Source of the DNA: a virus
Direction: 5' to 3' (one strand)
Length of the DNA: 64,000 bases
Virus record (IMG/VR): IMGVR_UViG_3300031251_000967
Coordinates: 1 to 64,000 of that record
Shown: piece after piece, positions 47,797 to 55,185 of the stretch
How the letters are laid out: each line of letters starts with the position of its first letter
How positions within the stretch are numbered: position 1 is the first letter of the stretch
Position numbers and translations under genes: made by a program
The notes under the pieces: generated by a model
Database searches by the model: none
What the model was told of the DNA's origin: nothing
The model's input: the letters and a program-made list of their open reading frames with translations, nothing else

Positions 47797-48030
47797 TCAG
47801 TCGGGTTCGACGCCGAGTTCGCGGAGACGGGCGTCGAGCACCTGAATGGCCTTCGCATTGAACTCGCGGTTCAGTGCGTTCAGCGCCTCCAGGTGCGCTT
47901 CGTACAGCGCAATGTACTCGTCGCCGCCCTGCCGAAGCCACCCGCGCGAGACCGTCTGATCCTTCTCCTGGAGATGGACATCCCGCAGGTTCTTGACGGT
48001 GCCGATCAGTTCGAGGTCGGACAGCTTCAC
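47797..48030 (-). CDS. Hypothetical protein
   Basis: C-terminal LDARLRELGVE; coupled chain. Confidence 0.6.
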   Translation of the reverse strand: MKLSDLELIGTVKNLRDVHLQEKDQTVSRGWLRQGGDEYIALYEAHLEALNALNREFNAKAIQVLDARLRELGVEPD

Positions 48031-48439
48031 GGATCAGGGCTCCGGTTCGGGTGTAGGTAACGGCGGTTCGGCCTGGAGCGCGCGTGTGGTAGCGGAATCA
48101 GATGATTGCTGACCGCGCCGGCCAGGAACCGCCGTATGGGATGAAACAACGTCGAAGTCGTACCTGAATCCGAGGCAACCTGAACGACGACACGCGCTAT
48201 TTCCGCATGCCTTGATGTCGCCGGTGCACATTAGCGAACAGCGTTCAGTGAGCGCCGGTAGGAGTAACCGTTGCGGATCATCTCGCACGGCCGCGACCAC
48301 GTGGAAGGCAGTCCGCGCCGCTTCCCTTCGGCAGTTGCGCGCAGTCGGCGCTTCCAGCGGGCCAGATACACCGAGTATTTCTTGCGGGGTGGCGGATGCG
48401 GAAACTCACGCAACGCCCCGTTTCGATCGAAACGGCGCA

Positions 48440-48571
48440 TTATCGGTGATGCTTTCCGGTGATCGCCGTCTTGTAGCCACGGTTCTTTCCGTGACGGCCT
48501 GGACGACGTACCTTCACCTTGACGCGACGACCGGCGCCGATGCCGCCACCGGTTGCTTTCGGCTTGGCCAT
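48440..48571 (-). CDS. 43-aa highly basic protein
   Basis: MAKPKATGGGIGAGRRVKVKVRRPGRHGKNRGYKTAITGKHHR; TAATG coupling. Confidence 0.55.
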   Translation of the reverse strand: MAKPKATGGGIGAGRRVKVKVRRPGRHGKNRGYKTAITGKHHR

Positions 48572-48697
48572 GTCGATGATCTCTTGATGTGCCGATCGGC
48601 TGATGGTGCGGCGCGGAGAGGTCGGCTACTCCGGGCGAGGGGTGTCGAGGTTAGGCTCGACAGGTCGTTCGTATAGGTATTGTCGGAATGACAATCC

Positions 48698-48901
48698 CTA
48701 CGCGGCCTCCGTTCCTATGCGGAACTGTCCGGTGATCTTCCGCCCGGTGATGGGCTGCGGCTCGGTCCCGATGTGGCCGTGGCTCATCCAGAGGAGTTGC
48801 CGGGTCACGCGCTGCCCGGTATCGGCCCGTATTCCCTGTATGACCGTCGCGCCGAAGATGCTCAGCAAGCGCCAGTCGTGGAGGAGAGGGGGACGGGACA
48901 T
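48698..48901 (-). CDS. Hypothetical protein
   Basis: 67-aa ORF in late leader region. Confidence 0.45.
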   Translation of the reverse strand: MSRPPLLHDWRLLSIFGATVIQGIRADTGQRVTRQLLWMSHGHIGTEPQPITGRKITGQFRIGTEAA

Positions 48902-49012
48902 AAAACGGCGGATTTCCTAGCGATTCGGGATCGGCCGCGAAGCGCGGTTTTCGCCGCTTTCGTTTGCCCGGGAACCGCAGAAAACCGCCATTCTGCCGTA
49001 CGATTCGGGCTA

Positions 49013-49147
49013 CCGGGTGGATGAAGCTGCGGGCCGCCAAGCGGCTAAGCTGTTCGCCAGACTTCTTCGGCGCTGGCTGCGCCATGGTCGGGAGAGCTGA
49101 TCCCGCGCGTGTCACTCATCCACGCCGCCGCAGCTTCATCCACCCGG
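49013..49147 (-). ncRNA. tRNA-like structured RNA, copy C, closed by a perfect 20-bp inverted repeat
   Basis: CCGGGTGGATGAAGCTGCGG (49013-49032) / its complement (49128-49147); GCGTG-GATGAGTGA-CACGC arm; CGGGA-TCAGCTC-TCCCG arm. Confidence 0.7.
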
Positions 49148-49467
49148 AATCGCCATCGCCCGTCCTCGGAGAGATCCGGGGACGAGCGGAGAATGTTCTG
49201 TGGTCGTATTTCGTCGAGGGTCCGTGCGGACGCACCTCTACTGACACCTTAAGCCCGACCTCGCGGGGAGGTAACGGGCTTACGGTGTCCGTATTACCTC
49301 AGGTTGATGCGGGGCGCAAGCGGATTTTCATGCTAACGCACAGAAAAACCCCACGAATACGAAGAGGCACACCGCCCCTATCGCGCCCAACACGCTCGGA
49401 GCCCATACCGCGAGCGCCACAAAGGTTGCAAGAAGCGCGGTGATAACGAAAGCGGTCGGCCAGCCCA

Positions 49468-50022
49468 TCACTCGATCCCCCGATGCTTGGCAAGCGTGTC
49501 CAGGCCAGCTCGCAGCGTCTGAAGCCATTGCCCCGGCGACTTGTCGAAGCACACTACGCCCTGAACGAGTCCGCCGACCGGCCCCATGGCGCGCATCGCC
49601 TTCAGGTAGCGGTTCATGGCTGCGTCCTCATAGTCGTCCATGGCGTAGCTGGCGTTGCTGTCCCCGCCGCCTCCCGATCGCGGGCCGAAATTGCACGTTC
49701 CGCTGTCCTGAAGCCCCGCGTCGTTAAAGGTCTCCCAGAGCCACGCCGCCGCCGTGTAGCGTCGGTCGGCTTCGTCCTCGCCTTCCTGTGCCGTTCGGAG
49801 CATCCCCTTCACGTACAGGCTGTCGATGAGCTTCTGTTCCGTCTCCCGCGCCCGGATGACACGCTGGCCGTCAGGATCAACGGTGAGGATTTCCTTGCCG
49901 TCTCGGGTGTAGCTGCGCTGCCGGCCCTCGATCACCACGCGGCCGTGGCGGTGCCGCATGGCTGAGCCCAGGTCGATGGCTGGGTCGATGCTCTGAACGT
50001 TCTTGCGCTTTGCTTTGGCCAT
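49468..50022 (-). CDS. Putative late-gene activator/antiterminator (Q position)
   Basis: Last early-right gene; IDSLYVKGML...RRYTAA...LRAGLDTLAKHRG. Confidence 0.65.
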   Translation of the reverse strand: MAKAKRKNVQSIDPAIDLGSAMRHRHGRVVIEGRQRSYTRDGKEILTVDPDGQRVIRARETEQKLIDSLYVKGMLRTAQEGEDEADRRYTAAAWLWETFNDAGLQDSGTCNFGPRSGGGGDSNASYAMDDYEDAAMNRYLKAMRAMGPVGGLVQGVVCFDKSPGQWLQTLRAGLDTLAKHRGIE

Positions 50023-50063
50023 TTGGGGGACTGGCTCCGGTTGGCAGAAAGTGCGGGAGGGGA

Positions 50064-50411
50064 TTATTCTTCGCGCACGTGCACGAGAGCACGAGCGTCG
50101 AAAGTCGCGGTCCATGTCGGCGAGCCCTTGCGGCGGGCGTCGAATTCGACCTTCGCCATAAGCGATGCGCGGCGACCCATGGGGGTGAAGGTGTGCTTCA
50201 CCGTGCCCACGCGGTGTCGCACCTTATCGCGGACGACGGCAACGTAGTCTTCGGGCTCCTTCACGCGCACCCGATCGCCGACCTTGATGGCTTCGTCTGT
50301 CATTGGCGTTCTCTTCTCAGCAGGGGCCCGGCACCAGCACGGGAGATTGTGGGGACCGGAGCGACCTTTGCCGCCGCAGGACCAGCAGGGAGAGGACTTG
50401 GCAGGATTCAT
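50064..50411 (-). CDS. Hypothetical protein, KOW/SH3-like
   Basis: IKVGDRVRV; ATGA overlap. Confidence 0.55.
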   Translation of the reverse strand: MNPAKSSPCWSCGGKGRSGPHNLPCWCRAPAEKRTPMTDEAIKVGDRVRVKEPEDYVAVVRDKVRHRVGTVKHTFTPMGRRASLMAKVEFDARRKGSPTWTATFDARALVHVREE

Positions 50412-50929
50412 TGTGGCGCCTGCCCTCCGGGCACCCGGCTCTCGTGCTCCGCGCTCAGCCCCGCCTGCGGCGTGTCTTCGCCCTTCGGGCTTCGATCCGA
50501 TGGCGCAAGGGCGTAACCCTCTGGCGGAGTCCAAGAGCCTTGGCCCCAGACGCCGCGCATGTCGGGAAATCGCGCGTAGACGGCATTCTCGGCAGACCGG
50601 CGGGCGGCTATCGCCGCGTCTACCGCTACGGTCTTTTCTTCTCGCAGCGGGCGCAGCACGGCCATAAGCCTTTCGTTTTCTCGCTCGCGCAGGCTCTGCA
50701 ACTCGCGAATCTGCCGGTCGATGTCTTCGATGGCGCGGCTCTTGGCGTCCCACGCTTCCTCACAAGCCTTCACGGCGTCATCGCGCGCCCGCTCAGCATC
50801 AACGACATCTGCCGCGCCCGTCGCCGCCTCCATAGCGGCGGTAAATTCCTTGCGCCTCTGATCGTAGAGCTTCTGCTTGGCCTTCTTGGCTTCGCGGCGC
50901 TGCGCCTTTTGTTCCTCTGTCAGCCGCAT
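50408..50929 (-). CDS. Coiled-coil protein
   Basis: AGGAG RBS; charged helices. Confidence 0.65.
   Translation of the reverse strand: MRLTEEQKAQRREAKKAKQKLYDQRRKEFTAAMEAATGAADVVDAERARDDAVKACEEAWDAKSRAIEDIDRQIRELQSLRERENERLMAVLRPLREEKTVAVDAAIAARRSAENAVYARFPDMRGVWGQGSWTPPEGYALAPSDRSPKGEDTPQAGLSAEHESRVPGGQAPQ
50416..50506 (-). repeat. Multibranch structured motif, copy 2
   Basis: Aligns with 52378-52459 with compensatory changes. Confidence 0.7.
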
Positions 50930-51041
50930 GTGCGTGTCTCCTGCGATATGCGATCGTTACCGAAGGCCGAGACCGCTTGCGGGCTCGGGGAGCGCCGAAG
51001 GCGCGAGTAGAGCGCGGTGCGCGGTAGCGCAATCGCCATAA

Positions 51042-51326
51042 TCAACCATCAGTTGTCTCTCCTCGTGCGGGTGCAGGCGCGGGACAGGCGGGAGGATCGA
51101 TACGGACGATTTTGAGCCCAGCCGATTTGAGGTAATCCATCAATGCGGCGGTTAGCTGTTTCGGCATTCGGCCGTTCTGCCGGAGGTCGGCGCAGATGCC
51201 CTCAAGGTACTGATCAATGACCGTGTCCACGATCCGTGGCATGGCAGCGTCGAGCCCCGTCTTGACGCCGCTCGCGACGCCTTCGCCGATAGCGCTGTCC
51301 ATGTCCTTGCGAAACAGTCCGAACAT
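51042..51326 (-). CDS. Hypothetical protein
   Basis: 94-aa ORF with purine-rich RBS. Confidence 0.6.
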   Translation of the reverse strand: MFGLFRKDMDSAIGEGVASGVKTGLDAAMPRIVDTVIDQYLEGICADLRQNGRMPKQLTAALMDYLKSAGLKIVRIDPPACPAPAPARGETTDG

Positions 51327-51733
51327 TGTTGCTCTACCCCCCTCTCCCCTGACGCGCTGCGGAACCCGTTCGGAGTACTGTTTGACGCTTTTCGGAGGAG
51401 CGGCCAGTGGTCGCGGAAAAGCGCTTTCAGCCCTTCCGGTGCCGGCGGTGGGTTGTCGATGATTTCCATGAAGCGGTCGAAAGCGTCTGGCGAGGCGCAG
51501 AACGTCGTTTGATCCTCGGAACCATCTCGCGCCCGTTCCGAACCCTTCCCTGCATCACAGCCCCGTGAAACAGGCGTTTCACGCGATCCTGGCGGCAGGA
51601 GGTCAGCCGGCAGTGCAACTCCGAGCGCGAGAAGCCCGTTCAGCACGACGTCCACTCGTTCCAGCGATCCATGGATGGCCGGGAACCCGTCGTGGTCGGC
51701 CAGTTGCTTGGCGAGGTGATGGCGGCGGGTCAT
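51152..51733 (-). CDS. Hypothetical protein with DUF1778/TacA-like C-terminal peptide
   Basis: SPDAFDRFMEIIDNPPPAPEGLKALF. Confidence 0.5.
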   Translation of the reverse strand: MTRRHHLAKQLADHDGFPAIHGSLERVDVVLNGLLALGVALPADLLPPGSRETPVSRGCDAGKGSERARDGSEDQTTFCASPDAFDRFMEIIDNPPPAPEGLKALFRDHWPLLRKASNSTPNGFRSASGERGVEQQCSDCFARTWTALSAKASRAASRRGSTLPCHGSWTRSLISTLRASAPTSGRTAECRNS

Positions 51734-52131
51734 GAGGGAGCACGCCCAGCGAATTCGATGCGGATGACCCACGGCGGAGAGCGCGTCTCGTCGCGCTCAA
51801 TCGCGACCGACTTAACCTTGCGGCCGTTCCACTTCCTGCCGGGCCTCGCGATCGGCCGGACCCGATACCAGCAATCGGGTTCCTCCCCTTCGACGTAGTC
51901 GTCGGGATGCTCCCACTGCACGCGAAGGTGAAGATCGAAAGGGGCTTCTTTGCCGAACAGGTATTCCAGCACCGAGGCGCGGTCGCGGACCTCCTCCTTG
52001 CCGTTCCAGCGCAATCCGGTCCACGCCGGGCTGTCCGGCGTCACGCGATAGCCGAGCACCGTGCATGTCGTCGGATCGACGGGGAACAATTCGCGATAGG
52101 GATCGCGTTGGATGCGCGGGTCAATGGTCAT
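51730..52131 (-). CDS. Hypothetical protein
   Basis: ATGA-coupled; ends PWVIRIEF. Confidence 0.6.
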   Translation of the reverse strand: MTIDPRIQRDPYRELFPVDPTTCTVLGYRVTPDSPAWTGLRWNGKEEVRDRASVLEYLFGKEAPFDLHLRVQWEHPDDYVEGEEPDCWYRVRPIARPGRKWNGRKVKSVAIERDETRSPPWVIRIEFAGRAPS

Positions 52132-52346
52132 GAGGGGACATCCGAGATGAGGCGATAGTGCTTGCTGCGGAACAAATGCGTTCCGAGCGGCAGGCGCGCT
52201 CCGATCAGCCGCGGCACTGGATGCATGAGCACGTCGCACATCGCGACACCTGGGCGAAGGTCCGCGATCCTGTAACGAGAGACGGCGTTGCGCCGCCGAT
52301 CGTCCATCTCCCACACCTGCCCCACCCGTACCTCTGGGGCGATCAC
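52128..52346 (-). CDS. Small SH3-like protein
   Basis: VRVGQVWEMDDRR. Confidence 0.6.
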   Translation of the reverse strand: MIAPEVRVGQVWEMDDRRRNAVSRYRIADLRPGVAMCDVLMHPVPRLIGARLPLGTHLFRSKHYRLISDVPS

Positions 52347-52795
52347 GAGGCACCGCCGACGACAGAGGAAGGGTTTAGCGCATCGGCGTTGCCGACCGGG
52401 CTCTCGTCTCCGACCGAGCCCCTATGGGTCTCGGCCCTCCGGGCTTCGATCCCTTGCGCGTCCAGCGCTTCCAGCCCGTTCGCGAACACGTAGCAGAGCA
52501 CCGCGAATGATCCGGTGGCGTCGTTCGGCGGCTGCTGAAAGATGCTCATGACGCCGTCGGCGTAGCAGCGTTCCAGCGCCATCATGTCCGGAGCTTCCGG
52601 GTCGGTTATCAGGCGCAAGATCGCCATCGCCCGCGCGGCGGCGTCGTTGACGTGGCCGTTGAACACCGCCATGTGCACGTCGGGGAACGCGATAGGGATC
52701 GCAGCCGAATGGCCAAGACCCGAAGGGGCTTGGTGCGGAGCACAAGAGCCCGGGCCGAAGGCATCGCCGTTATCTAAGTTGTTGGTTTCGTTCAC
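52343..52795 (-). CDS. Hypothetical protein
   Basis: GAGG RBS before GTG. Confidence 0.5.
   Translation of the reverse strand: MNETNNLDNGDAFGPGSCAPHQAPSGLGHSAAIPIAFPDVHMAVFNGHVNDAAARAMAILRLITDPEAPDMMALERCYADGVMSIFQQPPNDATGSFAVLCYVFANGLEALDAQGIEARRAETHRGSVGDESPVGNADALNPSSVVGGAS
52378..52459 (-). repeat. Multibranch structured motif, copy 1
   Basis: GGATCGAAGCCCGGAGGGC...GGGGCT...ACGAGAGCC shared with 50416-50506. Confidence 0.7.
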
Positions 52796-52826
52796 TGTCC
52801 TCGTCTCCCCTGTTTCCTCAGGCCGA

Positions 52827-53339
52827 TCACTCTGCCGCCATCTTCCGGTCGTACTTGTCGCCGTCGATGCGCTCGGCAGCGGGAGGCGCCCATCCTCGCG
52901 GCGAGAGGGCCTTCGCCTTTTCGGCCATCTCCCCGACGGCGGCATGGAACCGGCTGACGAGAATCTTGCGCTCGCGCTCGGCGATGGCCCGCTCCGCGTC
53001 GGTCAAGTCATTGGCCCGGATCTGCCGCCAGTTCGGGCGCACCATGTCGCGCGGCGCCCACGGCGGCTGCACGTACTGCTCACGCTTCGGCCGGCCGTGC
53101 ATGGCGAAAATGACGCGCTCGGCCTCGCGGTCGTAATCCGCGTCGAGCCATTCCTGCATCGGGTCGGCGGGGCTCGGAAGCTGAAGCCCCATGCTCCGCC
53201 GCCATGCGCGATCGTAAGCGTGCCAGCGCCACGTCTGCGGGGTGTCAAGCCTCTGACCTGATCCACGTTTTTGGCGGAGGTGCAGAAGGTCGTTCGCGCT
53301 GAACGGGGAGTGATAGGATGTCGGCGGGTTGTCTTGCAT
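52827..53339 (-). CDS. Hypothetical protein downstream of replication initiator
   Basis: 170-aa ORF; start uncertain. Confidence 0.5.
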   Translation of the reverse strand: MQDNPPTSYHSPFSANDLLHLRQKRGSGQRLDTPQTWRWHAYDRAWRRSMGLQLPSPADPMQEWLDADYDREAERVIFAMHGRPKREQYVQPPWAPRDMVRPNWRQIRANDLTDAERAIAERERKILVSRFHAAVGEMAEKAKALSPRGWAPPAAERIDGDKYDRKMAAE

Positions 53340-54024
53340 TTGGTTCGCCTCGGGCGTTCAGAGCCCAATTAATCCAGGTACGATGCCAATCGGCTTTTCG
53401 GCCCTTCGCCGCGGACTGCGAGAGCCAGTGGTTCGTGAACTTGATGACCTCAGCCTCCAAGTTCGCCCTCGGCAGCGAGACTTTCTCCCGCGCCTTGCGG
53501 GCGTCCTCGATCCACTCCTCTGGCATGACGAAATCCGAAGGCAATCGAGAACCGCGTTCTTCGCTCCCCCGCTTGCGGGGGGGCTTAAGGGGGGATTCTT
53601 CTTCTTGGTTATGGGGATGGGGATGGGTAGGTTCTTTCTGGGTTGCCTGGAAAGAACCTACCGGGTTTTCTGTTTCGTTTGTTTTCTGAGACTTAGGCCG
53701 CCCACCTTGTGCGCCGTTCGCGCGGCTGTTCGCTGCGCGTTCTTCGACAAATTTCCACTCTTTTTCGAGCCTTTCGTTCCGCCATGTGCCGGCGGACAGG
53801 TCGAAGAACTCGGCAATCACCGGTCGCAGCTTGTCGGTCCAGCGCGCCACGGTGACGCCGAGCATGCGGGCAATGCGCTTGTCATCGTCCGGAAGCGCTT
53901 GCCCGGCGTTCCGCCACGTGATCATCAGCAGCTTGAGGTACGCGCCATGCTCCTCAAGCGACAAATGCATGGTGTCGCCGAGATAGTCGCCGCAGAATAG
54001 GGGCATGGCAGGGGCTTGGCTCAC
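53245..54024 (-). CDS. Replication initiator-like protein (DUF1376/YdaU N-terminus)
   Basis: MPLFCGDYLGDTMHLSLEEHGAYLKLL; C-terminal KFTNHW...DWHRTWINW. Confidence 0.88.
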   Translation of the reverse strand: MSQAPAMPLFCGDYLGDTMHLSLEEHGAYLKLLMITWRNAGQALPDDDKRIARMLGVTVARWTDKLRPVIAEFFDLSAGTWRNERLEKEWKFVEERAANSRANGAQGGRPKSQKTNETENPVGSFQATQKEPTHPHPHNQEEESPLKPPRKRGSEERGSRLPSDFVMPEEWIEDARKAREKVSLPRANLEAEVIKFTNHWLSQSAAKGRKADWHRTWINWALNARGEPNARQPADILSLPVQRERPSAPPPKTWIRSEA

Positions 54025-54248
54025 CGCTTCACCTTCACCGCGAGATACCAGCGGGCGTAGTTCTCAGGCGTCGGCCGGCGGCTCCCCGCCTCCCAGCAGG
54101 ACAGGGCTTGTGGACTGACGCCGATCTGCCGGGCTACCGTCTTCGCGAGAACGCCGCGCTCCTCACGCAGCCGCCGCAGTTCGGCCGCGCTGACGACGTA
54201 CTCGGCAAGCGGGTTCTCGCAGCCGCAATGACGGCACCTACCGGTCAT
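54021..54248 (-). CDS. XRE-family HTH protein
   Basis: LRRLREERGV...GVSPQALSCWEAGSRRP. Confidence 0.8.
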   Translation of the reverse strand: MTGRCRHCGCENPLAEYVVSAAELRRLREERGVLAKTVARQIGVSPQALSCWEAGSRRPTPENYARWYLAVKVKR

Positions 54249-54299
54249 TCCGGTCTCCCTGGATAGGAGATAGACAGGGGGAGAGGAGAGGAGGTCACG

Positions 54300-55130
54300 C
54301 TAGACACCGCAGAATCCTCCGCAAGCGTTGTTGAACATGCTGAGCTGGTCGCGCTTCAGGTGCGGCGGCTTGGGGACGAACTTCACTTCGCTCAACGGCT
54401 TGCGGCTTTCGTGCAGGTACGGCACGGCGCGGAACTCCGTCGATTGGGCGTATGCGGCTTGGAGTTCGAGTTCCTTGGCGGCGGCGTCGGCACGCTCGGC
54501 CGGCGTAAGCTCAAGCCACGCGTCGTCGTCCTTGAAGGGGCAGAAGGTGCAGGCAGATCGCGGCGGCTCCGGATAGCCCCGCTTCTGCATCCAGGCGAAG
54601 CAGTCGGCGCGCGTCATGTCCTGCTCGATCAGCGGCCACCGAGTTTCAATCCAGTCCTTCCTACTAGGAGCCATACGAGATGCTTCGTCGGTGCTGATGC
54701 CGATCCACATCTCGACAAGCGCACCGTGCCTCTTCGTCACCCGCTTCATGCCAAGCAGTTCACGGCACTTGCGCGTGACTGGATCGATCTTAAAATCCTG
54801 CGTGCACTGGCGCTTGCCCAAGCCCTTCGCGAGGCCGTCAAGCGTATAAACGGGAATAGCTGTCTGGACGTATGTCCGTTGGCCGTCCCGTGTGCGTCGT
54901 ACGCGCGTTGCCGACTGCCAGAGATTGCCGCGCGATACCCGATATACCGGGAACGAAAGGACGCTCTCCAGCCAATCCAGATGGCGATACACCTTCTCCG
55001 GCTCGCCCTCAGTGTCTGAGAAGATGGCGCAATCCGGTTTCGGCCCGACCTCGCCATGTTCGGCCATCAAAGCGAGCGTCGTGCTTTGCACGCCCGCCCC
55101 GAGCGATATCGCCCGCAGCCTGACGCTCAT
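54300..55130 (-). CDS. PAPS-reductase-family phage protein
   Basis: SLGAGVQST, DTEGEP, RQCTQDFKI, PRSACTFCPF, CGGFCGV. Confidence 0.85.
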   Translation of the reverse strand: MSVRLRAISLGAGVQSTTLALMAEHGEVGPKPDCAIFSDTEGEPEKVYRHLDWLESVLSFPVYRVSRGNLWQSATRVRRTRDGQRTYVQTAIPVYTLDGLAKGLGKRQCTQDFKIDPVTRKCRELLGMKRVTKRHGALVEMWIGISTDEASRMAPSRKDWIETRWPLIEQDMTRADCFAWMQKRGYPEPPRSACTFCPFKDDDAWLELTPAERADAAAKELELQAAYAQSTEFRAVPYLHESRKPLSEVKFVPKPPHLKRDQLSMFNNACGGFCGV

Positions 55131-55185
55131 GCCGTCCCCCGTCTTTTGCGATCGACGAGGACAAGGGTTTTCCTGGCAGGGGCCA

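Noticed and set aside
48604-48700. Possible fourth tRNA-like element ending ACCA on the minus strand
   Set aside because: No complementary 5' acceptor strand found; kept only as hairpins
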